Shown here: in pieces, positions 9,228-18,528 of the stretch
How the letters are laid out: each line of letters starts with the position of its first letter
How positions within the stretch are numbered: position 1 is the first letter of the stretch
NCBI GenBank assembly: GCA_964531735.1
Contig: CAZHGD010000013.1
Span: 12,510 to 76,509, forward strand
Length of the DNA stretch: 64,000 bases
Direction: 5' to 3'
DNA from: an uncultured Fimbriimonadaceae bacterium
GTDB lineage: Bacteria; Armatimonadota; UBA10988
Program-made: the position numbers and the translations under genes
Notes under the pieces: model-generated
The model's database searches: none
What the model saw: only the letters and a program-made list of their open reading frames with translations
Told to the model about the DNA's origin: nothing

Positions 9228-10103
9228 CTATCGTCCCGCCCGTGCTCGACACCAGATCAGGGCATAGCGCAGTGCCACGAGTGGCGCGGCCAGTGCCGCA
9301 GCGGCGCGTCCGTAGTGTTTGCGCACGTACCGAGACATGCTGCGATGGTGCTCGCGAACCATGGCCAGCGGGCAGTGATCGCTGCTCCGCCCGATGAGGT
9401 GGGTAACCCGGGCGGTCGGCAGGTAGGTCACCCGCCAGCCGGACTGGTGCGCTCGGAGACACCAGTCCATGTCCTCACAGTACATGAAGAACCGTTCGTC
9501 CAGCAAGCCGATCTCGGCCAGTGTCTGGTCGCGGACCATCAGGCAGGCGCCCGAGAGCCAGTCGACCTCGCGCGCTTCGCGGTGGTCCCAGTCGGCCATG
9601 AGGTAGGCGCGAGCCCAGCGGTTGTCGCGCACCAGTTGGCCCAGTGGCGTGTTGCGGAACAGCATGGCGCCGACGGACGGGAACCTCCGGCAGGACGACT
9701 GCAAGCTGCCGTCGCCGTTGAGCAGCATCGGTGCCAACAGACCGGCGGCTGGATTGGCGTCGGCGTGTTCGACCAGCCGCTCGATGGCGTGCTCGTGGAC
9801 CAGACAGTCCGGATTGAGCAGCAGGTGATACCGGGCGGCGACACTGCGCAGCACCACGTTGTTGGCGGCGGCAAAGCCGAGGTTCCGGCGCATTGGCAGG
9901 ACCCGGACTTCGGGAAAGCGGCGCGTGATGAGCGGCACGGAGCCATCAGTGGAACCGTTGTCCACCACGGACACGAGCAACCGCAGACGCCGCTGCGCCG
10001 GTCGCAGCGAAAGTAGGCACCGCGCCAGATCGTCCCGGGCGTTCCAGTTGACGATGACGACGGATACGTCCACGCAGGCGTCTGCCGCGGCTACGGCTGT
10101 CAT
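9228..10103 (-). CDS. Glycosyltransferase family 2
   Basis: VSVVIVNWNARDDLARCL...VVDNGSTDGS...CLMVRDQTL...FFMYCEDMDWCLR matches the GT2 DXD and ED motifs. Confidence 0.85.
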   Translation of the reverse strand: MTAVAAADACVDVSVVIVNWNARDDLARCLLSLRPAQRRLRLLVSVVDNGSTDGSVPLITRRFPEVRVLPMRRNLGFAAANNVVLRSVAARYHLLLNPDCLVHEHAIERLVEHADANPAAGLLAPMLLNGDGSLQSSCRRFPSVGAMLFRNTPLGQLVRDNRWARAYLMADWDHREAREVDWLSGACLMVRDQTLAEIGLLDERFFMYCEDMDWCLRAHQSGWRVTYLPTARVTHLIGRSSDHCPLAMVREHHRSMSRYVRKHYGRAAAALAAPLVALRYALIWCRARAGR

Positions 10104-10134
10104 GGCCGAATTGTGCCGGTCGGCCGGGATACTG

Positions 10135-11034
10135 TCAACCGCCGACGACGCCGAAGTAGTGGTCGAAGAAGCGGGCCGGCTCGACGGTGGCCGCGATCCG
10201 GTGCTGCGGCTGCTCGCCGCCGGCGTCGAAGCGCGTCAGGCCGAAGGCCAACTCGCTGTGCGTATCGACCCGGACCTGGCCGTCGCGCCAGGTACACAGG
10301 TCGGGCTCGAACAGGCACGCGGCCGCCAGCGGGTCATGGAAGGTGAGCCGGCCGGCGTGGTGGAACCAGACCTCGGCCATGTCGAGGACCGCCGAGAGTG
10401 GCCCTCCGGCGGTGCGGAAGCGCGAGCGGACCGCATCGGGCTCCATGGTGCACTGCAGCGTCACGTCCAGGCCGACGGCCTGTGTGCCGACCGGACCACG
10501 ATCGAAGGCGATCCGCGCCGCCTCCGGGTCGCAGAGGATGTTCCACTCGCTGTATGGCCCGTGCGCTTCGTAGGGCAGGAAGCGGCCACCCATCATCGTG
10601 TAGCCGGCGAGCAGCGACGGGATCTCCGGGTCGGTCGCGAACAGCAGACCGATGTTGGTCAGCGGGCCGATGGAGAGCAAGGTGATCTCACCGGGGTTGG
10701 CGCGGATGGTCTGCCGCAGCCATTCCACAGCGGTGCTCGGCGCGAAGTCGGCGCGGTGCGGCCAGCGCTCCAGCGCGGCCGCCTGCCTGGCCTCGCCCTG
10801 GGTGACACCGCGCAGCAGCGAGGGCTCCGGCCCGCAGTGGATCGGCACCTCCGCTCGCCCGGCGGCGCGGCACACGGCATCGGCCAGCCGAGCGCGGTCG
10901 AGCTGCGCGCCCGACGCGATGCTGATGCCGACCAACTCGCAGCGCGGCTGCAGCAGCAGATAGGCCAGCGCCACCGCGTCATCGATGTCGGTACCGATAT
11001 CCGTGTCCAGGATCACCCGCAGTCGGTCGCTCAC
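10135..11034 (-). CDS. Inosine-uridine preferring nucleoside hydrolase (IU-NH family)
   Basis: N-terminal aspartate cluster ILDTDIGTDIDDAVALAYLL. 299 aa, typical of RihA/B/C-like enzymes. Confidence 0.85.
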   Translation of the reverse strand: MSDRLRVILDTDIGTDIDDAVALAYLLLQPRCELVGISIASGAQLDRARLADAVCRAAGRAEVPIHCGPEPSLLRGVTQGEARQAAALERWPHRADFAPSTAVEWLRQTIRANPGEITLLSIGPLTNIGLLFATDPEIPSLLAGYTMMGGRFLPYEAHGPYSEWNILCDPEAARIAFDRGPVGTQAVGLDVTLQCTMEPDAVRSRFRTAGGPLSAVLDMAEVWFHHAGRLTFHDPLAAACLFEPDLCTWRDGQVRVDTHSELAFGLTRFDAGGEQPQHRIAATVEPARFFDHYFGVVGG

Positions 11035-11098
11035 GACTCTCTCCCATGTGGCCGCTCGATTCGTGCCAGGGCGGCACGCTCCTTCTGGGCACTCGAGG

Positions 11099-14000
11099 TC
11101 AGCTCTGCTCGCCGCCGGCCTGGTCGATCAGTTGCCGCACCTTGCCGAGGAGCTCTTCGAGGCGGAACGGCTTGGAGACGACCTCGACGCCCTCGGGCAC
11201 CGTCTGGCCGACGGTGAGGACATCGTAGCTGTAGCCGCTGGCGAGGAGCACGGGCACGTCCGGCCGCAGCTCGCGCACGGCCTGATAGACCGCGTAACCA
11301 CTGCGGTGTGGCATGACCACGTCGCTGACGACAATGGCGATGTCGTCGATGTGGGCCGCGAACAGCTCCAGTGCCTCGCGACCGTCGCGGGCCTCGACGA
11401 CGCGGTAGCCGCCGCGGCGCAGCAGACGCGCCCCGAGTTTGCGCACCATCTCGTCGTCCTCTGCCAGCAGCACGGTCTCGCCACGGCCGGCGCCGGCCTG
11501 GGTGGCGGGTGCCGGCAGCGCCGAGGTCGGCGACTCGGGGCTGGCCGCGACCGGCCAGAAGGTGCTGAACGTCGAGCCGGCACCCACCGCGCTGGTGACG
11601 TGCACGAAGCCATGGTGTTGCTTGACGATGCCGAACACGGTGGCCAGGCCGAGCCCGGTGCCCTTGCCCAGCTCCTTGGTGCTGAAGAACGGCTCGAAGA
11701 CGCGCTCGATGACTTCAGGCGGCATGCCGCAGCCCTCGTCGCGGACCGCCAAGGAGACGAAGCGACCCTCTTCAGCCCACGGATGCGAGGCGCAGAAGCG
11801 GTCGTCGAAGGCGTGCAGACCCAGCCGGATGGTGAGCCTGCCGCCATCCAGCATCGCGTCGCGGGCGTTGACGCACAGGTTCATCAGGACCTGCTCGACC
11901 TGATGGCGGTCGACGTCGACGGGCGGCGCTCCATGGAGCGGCAGGAACGAGCACTCGATGTGCTCACCAAGGATACGGGTCAGCATCTTCATCAGGCCCT
12001 CGACCACGACGTTGAGATCGAGGACCTCCGGGTGACTGGCCTCGCGGCGGCTGAACAGCAGCAACTGGGTGACCAGGTGCTTGGCTCGTTCGGCGGCCGC
12101 CACGATCTGGTTGAGTTCCTGGACCGTGGGATGGTCCGAGGGCAGCCCGGCCAGCGCGAGATCGCTATAGCCGCTGATCACCTGCAGCAGATTGTTGAAG
12201 TCATGGGCCACGCCGCCGGCGAGTTGACCGACGGCTTCCATCTTCTGGGCCTGGCGCAACTGCCGCTCGAGTTGCAACTCGGTGGTCACGTCGCGCTTGA
12301 CGGCGACGATGTTGACCACCTCACCGCGCTCGTTCCGCACCGGCGACAGCACCGCCTCGAAGTAGACCGGTGTGCCGTCCTTGCGCCGATTGACCAGGCG
12401 GCCGGACCAGGCCTGCCCGTCGCGCAGGGCCTGCCACATGTTGGTGACCGTGTCATTGGCGTCGCCCTCAGGGCGCAGGATATCGGCCGGGCTGCCGAGC
12501 ACCTCGGCCCGCGTGTAGCCGGTGACCCGTTCGAACGCCGGGTTGGTGTACTCGAAGCGCCCCTCGGGATCGGTGATGAAGACGATCTCGCCGGCCTGTT
12601 CGATGGCCTGGGCCAGGCGGCGGAGGGCGGTCTCGCTCTCGCGACGCTCGGTGATGTCGCTGTGAATGCCGACCAGGCGTCGCGGGCGGCCTTTGGCGTC
12701 GCGACTGACGACCTGTCCGCGGCAGGCGACCCAGCGATAGGTGCCGTTCTGGTGGCGCAAGCGACACTGCGAGCGGAAGCGCCCGTCGCGCTGCGAGGCC
12801 TGTGCCAGGAAGTCGCGGAGCAGGGGCCGCCGGTCCTCCGGGTGGAGGAGATGGATCCAGGCGCCGAAGCTGATCTGGAACTCACTGGGGTCATAGCCCA
12901 GCATGGCGTAGCTCTGAGTGCTCCAGACCACCTGGCCGGTGTCGACGACCCAGTCGAAGTAGCCGTCGTAGGCTGCGTCGATGACGAGTTGGAGTCGCTC
13001 ATCGGTGGCCAACCGCTCGGCCTCGGCCAGCTTGCTGGCCGTGATGTCGGCGTGGACACCGGCGACCAGCGTGGCCCGGCCGGTGGCGTCTCGCTCCAGC
13101 ACGCGGGCCCAGTGCTGGACCCATAGCCAGTGGCCGTCGCAGTGCCGGAGCCGTAGCGTGCCCTCGATCCGATCCGGCCACCACCCGCCGATGACGCCGC
13201 TGATCGTCTGGCGCAGAGCAGCGCGGTCAGCGGGGTGGGCCTGTGAGACGACCCACTCGACCGTCGGCACAATCTGGTCGCTCGCGTACCCGAGCATGGT
13301 GAGGAAGCGGCGGTTGCCGGTGATCCGGCCGGTCTGGGGCGCCCACTCGTAAGTGCCCAGGCCGGCGCCGTCCACGGCGACTTCGAAATGCCGCTCGATC
13401 TGCCGCAACTGCGCCTCGGCGTGCTTGAGCCCGCTGATGTCACGGACGAGCGCGATGGCGCCGATGATATCGCCTTGGGCGTTGCGGTGAGGGCCGTAGA
13501 TGGGTGACACGAAGCCCGAGCGCCCGGTACGCGAGACGCGGTAGGGCACGTCGGGTGCGTGAACGGTCTCGCCGGCCAAGGCGCGCTGTACGAGCAACGG
13601 GAACGGATGCTGCTGGAGGTGCGGGAAGACCTCGGGCGCGGGCCGCCCGACGACAATCGAGGCCGCAAGCCCGCTGATGGCCTCCATGGCCGAGTTCCAG
13701 ACCATGATCTTCAGCTCGCGGTCCACGACCACGATCCCGCCGTGCATGTTGGCCAGCACTTCGGTGTGGAGCTGGTGCGCGTTGCGGAGGGCCTGCTCCT
13801 CGGCGTACCGAGCGGTCTCATCCCGGAGCGCAATGGTCGCGCCGCCATCGGGCAGCGGCGATGTCTCCACCTGCCAGACCACCGTCTGGCCATCGCGACC
13901 CGCAAACACGATCTGCCGGCGCGCCGGCGCCTGGTCGACGGCGGCAAGGGCGTCCGCGCACGCGTCCGGCGGCCAGATGCCGTCGAGCGGGCGGCCGGTC

Positions 14001-14182
14001 AGCTCGCCCGCGGGCATCTCCAACAGACGAACGGCAGCCGTGTTGGCGAACTGACAGCTTCCGTCAGGTGCCGCCACAACGAGCGCACAGGGGGCTGTCT
14101 GCAACCACTGCCAACAGCCCTCACATCCCGCCCCAACAACCCCTGGCCTGGGTCCGTGCCCTGCCTCGCTATCCATCCTCAC
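11099..14182 (-). CDS. Hybrid sensor histidine kinase: multiple PAS domains, HisKA, HATPase and a C-terminal REC receiver
   Basis: Repeated PAS-like blocks. H-box AHDFNNLLQVISGYSDLA. G-box GTGLGLATVFGIVKQHHG. Receiver TVLLAEDDEMVRKL...VVSDVVMPHRSG...KPF. Start is either the GTG at 14182 or the ATG at 14176. Confidence 0.85.
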   Translation of the reverse strand: MRMDSEAGHGPRPGVVGAGCEGCWQWLQTAPCALVVAAPDGSCQFANTAAVRLLEMPAGELTGRPLDGIWPPDACADALAAVDQAPARRQIVFAGRDGQTVVWQVETSPLPDGGATIALRDETARYAEEQALRNAHQLHTEVLANMHGGIVVVDRELKIMVWNSAMEAISGLAASIVVGRPAPEVFPHLQQHPFPLLVQRALAGETVHAPDVPYRVSRTGRSGFVSPIYGPHRNAQGDIIGAIALVRDISGLKHAEAQLRQIERHFEVAVDGAGLGTYEWAPQTGRITGNRRFLTMLGYASDQIVPTVEWVVSQAHPADRAALRQTISGVIGGWWPDRIEGTLRLRHCDGHWLWVQHWARVLERDATGRATLVAGVHADITASKLAEAERLATDERLQLVIDAAYDGYFDWVVDTGQVVWSTQSYAMLGYDPSEFQISFGAWIHLLHPEDRRPLLRDFLAQASQRDGRFRSQCRLRHQNGTYRWVACRGQVVSRDAKGRPRRLVGIHSDITERRESETALRRLAQAIEQAGEIVFITDPEGRFEYTNPAFERVTGYTRAEVLGSPADILRPEGDANDTVTNMWQALRDGQAWSGRLVNRRKDGTPVYFEAVLSPVRNERGEVVNIVAVKRDVTTELQLERQLRQAQKMEAVGQLAGGVAHDFNNLLQVISGYSDLALAGLPSDHPTVQELNQIVAAAERAKHLVTQLLLFSRREASHPEVLDLNVVVEGLMKMLTRILGEHIECSFLPLHGAPPVDVDRHQVEQVLMNLCVNARDAMLDGGRLTIRLGLHAFDDRFCASHPWAEEGRFVSLAVRDEGCGMPPEVIERVFEPFFSTKELGKGTGLGLATVFGIVKQHHGFVHVTSAVGAGSTFSTFWPVAASPESPTSALPAPATQAGAGRGETVLLAEDDEMVRKLGARLLRRGGYRVVEARDGREALELFAAHIDDIAIVVSDVVMPHRSGYAVYQAVRELRPDVPVLLASGYSYDVLTVGQTVPEGVEVVSKPFRLEELLGKVRQLIDQAGGEQS

Positions 14183-14248
14183 CTCGGCACCCCCGATGGG
14201 GGTGGTGCTGCGCCGCGGCCCACCTCTAGGGCCCTGACCGTCGCGCCA

Positions 14249-15346
14249 TCAGGCCGCCGGTCGGTAGTTGGGCACCGCCCTCGGCTCGCCGCCACGCTCG
14301 ATGCTCTCTTCGCTCACCAGCCCGGGCACGGTGTAGTCCAGGGCCCGGTAGACGTCAATCGGCGCCGGCGTCCCGGCCAGGACCGCGTTGACGAAGTCGC
14401 GCACCACGAACCAATCGCCACCGCCATGACCGGTGCGCTGTGCGGCGGCGAGTGCCTCGCGGTACCACGCCGGCAGGTACTGCTCCTCGAAGTCCGCCAG
14501 CGGCCGCCAGTGGTCCGGGCCGTCGCACTGCTCCGCCAGCCAGACCTTCGCCGAGGCGTCGAAGCCGCGCGACGCCTCGTAGCAGCCTTTGGTACCTTGG
14601 ACAGTGTAGTAGGTCATCAGGTGCGGGCGCTTCGAGATCATGTCGTTGCGGATCATCACCAGACCGCCCTTGGCCAGCTTGCAGGCCATGACGGTCACGT
14701 CGTCCATACGACGTGCCGGCGGTGTCCAGCAACCCGAACCGTGGCACGACACGCTGACCACGCGGTCATCGAACCACTGCAGCAGGGGGCCCAGGCTGTG
14801 GGTGGGGTAGGTGCACCCGCGGCGCCCGACCTGCCAGGTGAAGCGCCAGGTGGGTCGCCCATCGGGCATGAAGTGCAGTTGCTCCAACTCGTGCGTGTAC
14901 TCGCCCTCGCCGAAGTAGATGTCGCCGAAGAGGCCGTCGCGGATCATGGCGCCGACCAGCACGTTCGGCTGCAAGTAGCAGTAGTTCTCGGCCATCATGT
15001 AGGTGGCCGTGGAGGCCTCGGCCGCGGCGGCCAGTTGCGCGCATTCGTCCAGCGAGACCGCCGCGGTCACCTCGCAGAGCACGTGGATGTTGCGTTGCAG
15101 CGCGGCAATGGACTGCCGGGCGTGGAACTGCATGGGGGTGGCGATGACCACGGCGTCGATGCCGCTGTCGAGCATCTGGTCGTAGTTGGTGTACCAGTGC
15201 TCGAGCCCGTGCTGGCGCGCGGTGGCCTCGGCGGTAGTGGCATCCAGGTCACAGACGGCGGTGACCTGAGTCTCCGGACAGGCGCCGAATCCGGCGACGG
15301 TGCTCACGGCGCGGCGCGCACCGACGAGGCCGATCTTCAGGGGCAT
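14249..15346 (-). CDS. Gfo/Idh/MocA family NAD(P)-dependent oxidoreductase
   Basis: MPLKIGLVGARRAV... is a Rossmann N-terminus. ATG at 15346 follows GGAG with a 7-nt spacer. EKP-like motif present. The ORF-track start at 15544 is a low-complexity upstream extension. Confidence 0.8.
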   Translation of the reverse strand: MPLKIGLVGARRAVSTVAGFGACPETQVTAVCDLDATTAEATARQHGLEHWYTNYDQMLDSGIDAVVIATPMQFHARQSIAALQRNIHVLCEVTAAVSLDECAQLAAAAEASTATYMMAENYCYLQPNVLVGAMIRDGLFGDIYFGEGEYTHELEQLHFMPDGRPTWRFTWQVGRRGCTYPTHSLGPLLQWFDDRVVSVSCHGSGCWTPPARRMDDVTVMACKLAKGGLVMIRNDMISKRPHLMTYYTVQGTKGCYEASRGFDASAKVWLAEQCDGPDHWRPLADFEEQYLPAWYREALAAAQRTGHGGGDWFVVRDFVNAVLAGTPAPIDVYRALDYTVPGLVSEESIERGGEPRAVPNYRPAA

Positions 15347-15402
15347 GGCTCTGCTCCGCAGAGCCGGGTTGGCCAGGCGCGAGGGGGTTCCTCTGTGCGG
15401 GC

Positions 15403-15660
15403 TCAGGCGGCGCGGGCCGGTACGAGCAGCACGTCGACGCCGCAGCGATCGCGGACCCGCGCCTCTACTTCGCGCAGGTGGTCGTAGTAGGGGTGTGCAC
15501 GTAGGGTGTGCGGAATCGGTCGCACCACCGGCCCATACCACCAACCGGCGTCCTGCTTGATGCCCTTGCGCACGATGCTGACCAACGGGAACTCGGGCTC
15601 TTCGTCGTGGTAGGCGACTAGCAGCTCATCCACCACACTGCACAGAGTGTCGCCATCCAT
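15403..15660 (-). CDS. Small hypothetical protein (85 aa), family not recognised
   Basis: MDGDTLCSVVDELLVAYHDEEPEFPLVSIVRKGIKQDAGWWYGPVV... is non-repetitive with good GC3. It overlaps the tail of an upstream frame (15626..15976) that also reads protein-like, so it may be the distal part of a frameshifted gene. Confidence 0.4.
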   Translation of the reverse strand: MDGDTLCSVVDELLVAYHDEEPEFPLVSIVRKGIKQDAGWWYGPVVRPIPHTLRAHPYYDHLREVEARVRDRCGVDVLLVPARAA

Positions 15661-15755
15661 CGGCGGGCTCCTCCATCACGCCCAGCATGTCCAGCACCAG
15701 ATACGCGTCGCTCCGCGCATCGGCATACTCGCGCTCGTCGAACTCCTGATCCGGA

Positions 15756-16067
15756 TCATCGTCCGCCGCAACGCGCAGGTCGCGCAGGTTGGCGAGAGCG
15801 CGACGCACGCTCGCCAACCTGCGCGACCTGCGGGGGCCGCTCGCCGAAGGCCAAGTGGCTGCCGACCACCGTCTGGAGGTGTCGAGCCAACTGAGCGTGG
15901 GCATACCACTCGTCGCCGGAGGGCAACTGATCCTTGGGCCACTCGCGCTGTTCGAGCCATCCGGCCGCGGCGGCATAGGCCGCGTAGTACAGCCGGCTGA
16001 AGCTGCTCCGCGGGTGGGCAGGCCACAGTCGCCCTGCAGCCTGCCAGCTATCCATGGCCAGGTCCAC
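15756..16067 (-). CDS. Small hypothetical protein (103 aa); the 3' end is encoded by a perfect palindrome, possibly a disrupted or pseudogenised gene
   Basis: MDLAMDSWQAAGRLWPAHPRSSFSRLYYAAYAAAAGWLEQREWPKDQLPSGDEWYAHAQLARHLQTVVGSHLAFGE is protein-like with GC3 bias. The last ~25 codons (PQVAQVGERASRSRQPARPARCGGR) are encoded by the 23-bp inverted repeat and look non-native. Confidence 0.35.
   Translation of the reverse strand: MDLAMDSWQAAGRLWPAHPRSSFSRLYYAAYAAAAGWLEQREWPKDQLPSGDEWYAHAQLARHLQTVVGSHLAFGERPPQVAQVGERASRSRQPARPARCGGR
15764..15822. repeat. Perfect inverted repeat: 23-bp stem with a 13-nt loop
   Basis: The left arm (15764-15786, containing CAGGTCGCGCAGGTTGGCGAG) is the exact reverse complement of the right arm (15800-15822, containing CTCGCCAACCTGCGCGACCTG). 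The loop is AGCGCGACGCACG. The flanks are not reverse complements, so this is not a fold-back chimera. Confidence 0.9.
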
Positions 16068-16103
16068 CCAGCCCCTTGCGATAGCTCACCCGCGGGGCCG
16101 TTC

Positions 16104-17192
16104 TCAGCCCATCGTCTCGCACACCAGGTCGCCCACCTGGCTGGTGCTGTAGCCCATCCGCCCGGCGGCCAGGCTCTTCAGCTTCGTGCCCGTGACCAGC
16201 TTGACCGCGTCCTCGATCTTGGTCGCCATGGCGTCTTCACCGAGCGTCTGGAGCATCATCGCCGCCGCGCAGATGGCCGCCAGCGGGTTGATCACGCCCT
16301 GGCCCGTGTACTTCGGCGCCGAGCCACCGATCGGCTCGAACATGCTCAGGCCCTCGGGGTTGATGTTGCCACCCGCGGCGATGCCCATGCCGCCCTGAGT
16401 CATGGCGCCCAGATCGGTGATGATGTCGCCGAACATGTTCGAGGTCACCAGCACGTCGAACCACTCGGGGTTCTTGACCATCCACATGCAGGTGGCATCG
16501 ACGTGGTAGTAGTCGCGCTTGATGTCGGGGAACTGCGCGGCGCCCATCTCGTGGAAAGCGCGCTCCCAGAGGTCGAACACGTAGGTGAGCACGTTGGTCT
16601 TGCCCACCAGGCCGAGGGTGTTGGCGTCGCCGAGACCACGGGCCCGCTTGCCGTACTTGGCCGCGTACTCGAAGGCGTACTTGAGGCAGCGGTCCACCTG
16701 GAAACGCGTGTAGACCATTTCCTGCGTGGCCACCTCGTGCGGTGTGCCCTTGAGCGCCACGCCGCCCAGGCCGCAGTAGACGTCGCCGGTGTTCTCGCGC
16801 ACCACGACGTAGTCGATGTGCTCGGGCCCCTTGCCCGCGAGCGGGCACTCGACGCCCGGGAAGAGCTTGACCGGACGCAGGTTGATGTACTGGTCCAGCT
16901 CGAAGCGCAGGCGCAGCAGGATGCCCTTTTCCAAGATGCCGGGCGCGACCTGCGGGTGACCGATGGCGCCGAGCAGAATGGCGTCGAAGTTGCCGCGCAG
17001 TTCGTCGGAAGCGCCGTCCGGCAGCGTCTCACCGGTGCGCAGGTAGCGGTCGCCACCGAAGTCGAACTCCGTCAGCGCCAGCTTGAAGCCGCCGAGATCC
17101 GCAGCGTGCTGCGCAACCTTGACCGCCTCGGCGGTGACTTCAGGACCTGTGCCGTCGCCCGGGAGGACGGCGATGCGATACGTCTTGGCCAT
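16104..17192 (-). CDS. Beta-decarboxylating dehydrogenase of the isocitrate/isopropylmalate dehydrogenase family (tartrate dehydrogenase / 3-isopropylmalate dehydrogenase-like)
   Basis: [20 protein letters not shown]-terminus. [12 protein letters not shown] and [14 protein letters not shown] motifs. 362 aa. Confidence 0.9.
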   Translation of the reverse strand: MAKTYRIAVLPGDGTGPEVTAEAVKVAQHAADLGGFKLALTEFDFGGDRYLRTGETLPDGASDELRGNFDAILLGAIGHPQVAPGILEKGILLRLRFELDQYINLRPVKLFPGVECPLAGKGPEHIDYVVVRENTGDVYCGLGGVALKGTPHEVATQEMVYTRFQVDRCLKYAFEYAAKYGKRARGLGDANTLGLVGKTNVLTYVFDLWERAFHEMGAAQFPDIKRDYYHVDATCMWMVKNPEWFDVLVTSNMFGDIITDLGAMTQGGMGIAAGGNINPEGLSMFEPIGGSAPKYTGQGVINPLAAICAAAMMLQTLGEDAMATKIEDAVKLVTGTKLKSLAAGRMGYSTSQVGDLVCETMG

Positions 17193-17291
17193 AGGGGCTG
17201 CACCTCTCTCGCAGGTTGCGGCCCGGCGAGTGGCGCGGGCCGCTGATAGTATAACCCAGGGCTGACCGACGAAGGTTGCGCCGGCGCCGCC

Positions 17292-18485
17292 TCAGATGCC
17301 CGGCACCGGCTCGTCGCCCTGCATCGGGTGCTCGGCCACGCGGCAGCGCACTTCGGCCTTCTCGCCGTTGCGCATCACCGTCAGCGTCAGCACTTGGTCG
17401 ATTGGCGACGAAGCGACCGCCAGGCGCAGGTCCCGCGGCGACTTGACGCGTTTGCCGTTGACCGCGACGACCACGTCCAGTGGCCGCACGCCGCCCTTGA
17501 CGGCCGGCTGGTCGCGGTACAGGTTGACGACCACCGCGCCCTCGGTGCTCTTCATGCCGAGTTCGGCGGCATTGCGGCTGTTCAGTTGCTTGGCGATGAT
17601 GCCGATCCACCCGCGCACCACGCGGCCGTGCTTCAGCAGTTGCTCGGCGTTCTGACGGGCGATGTTGCTCGGAATGGCGAACCCGATGCCCTGGTAGCCG
17701 CCGGTCTTCGAGAAGATGGCGGTGTTGATGCCGACCAGGCGGCCGGTGATGTCCACCAGCGCCCCGCCGGAGTTGCCCGGGTTGATGGCCGCATCGGTCT
17801 GTATGAACTCTTCGAAGTCGCTGACGCCGACGTCGTGCCGGCCCTTGGCCGAGACAATGCCCTGGGTCACCGTCTGGTTGAAGCCAAAGGGATTGCCGAC
17901 GGCAATGACCCATTCGCCGACCTGGAGCTGGTTGCTGTCGGCCCATTCGGCGACCGGCAGGTCCTGGCCCGGGATGCGCAGCACCGCGGTATCGGACAAG
18001 GAGTCGCGGCCGATCACCTTGGCCACGAACTCGCGCGAATCGGCCATCGAGACGCGGATCTCGTCGGCGCCCTCGATGTTGTGGTTGTTGGTCACCACGA
18101 TGCCGTGGGAGTCCACGATGACGCCTGAGCCCAGGCTCTGGGACGTCTGATCGGGTTGGCGGAGCCAACCGTCACCGGTCATGAAGTCGCGGAACGGGTC
18201 GTAGTAGCTCTGGCCCCGGATGATGCGAGTGGAGCTGATGTTCACGACGGCCGGGGTCACCTGGGCGGCGATCTGCGCGAACGCTTCGCTCAGTTTGCGC
18301 AGGTCGGCCACCGAGGCGCGCGGCGCCGGTGCCCCCGCGCCGCCGGTTGGTGTCGGCGCGGCGTTCTGTGCCGCGACCGAGGTGGTCGCGCGGCGGCGGT
18401 CACCCAGCCACTGACCAGCCAGCAGCCCGAGCAGAAACAGGATGATCGCCCCGGCGATCACGTCGCGGATGTGCAGCCGTTGCAT
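17292..18485 (-). CDS. htrA: HtrA/DegP-family serine protease with an N-terminal membrane anchor and one PDZ domain
   Basis: Catalytic triad context VVTNNHNI (His), DTAVLRI (Asp), NPGNSGGALVD (Ser). C-terminal PDZ region. Confidence 0.9.
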   Translation of the reverse strand: MQRLHIRDVIAGAIILFLLGLLAGQWLGDRRRATTSVAAQNAAPTPTGGAGAPAPRASVADLRKLSEAFAQIAAQVTPAVVNISSTRIIRGQSYYDPFRDFMTGDGWLRQPDQTSQSLGSGVIVDSHGIVVTNNHNIEGADEIRVSMADSREFVAKVIGRDSLSDTAVLRIPGQDLPVAEWADSNQLQVGEWVIAVGNPFGFNQTVTQGIVSAKGRHDVGVSDFEEFIQTDAAINPGNSGGALVDITGRLVGINTAIFSKTGGYQGIGFAIPSNIARQNAEQLLKHGRVVRGWIGIIAKQLNSRNAAELGMKSTEGAVVVNLYRDQPAVKGGVRPLDVVVAVNGKRVKSPRDLRLAVASSPIDQVLTLTVMRNGEKAEVRCRVAEHPMQGDEPVPGI

Positions 18486-18528
18486 CGACGTCCCTCAACG
18501 CCTATTGTGCCCTGAACCACCGGAATCG

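Noticed and set aside
10985-15487. Plus-strand ORFs 10985..13126 (713 aa) and 13559..15487 (642 aa)
   Set aside because: Antisense to the hybrid histidine kinase and the Gfo/Idh/MocA gene. Low-complexity translations.
15764-15822. Possibility that the 23-bp palindrome is an inverted fold-back assembly chimera
   Set aside because: The sequences flanking the two arms are not reverse complements of each other, so the contig does not simply fold back. I kept it as a genuine palindrome but recommend read-level verification.
15789-17246. 485-aa plus-strand ORF
   Set aside because: Antisense to the isopropylmalate/tartrate dehydrogenase-family gene, whose minus-strand translation has unmistakable family motifs.
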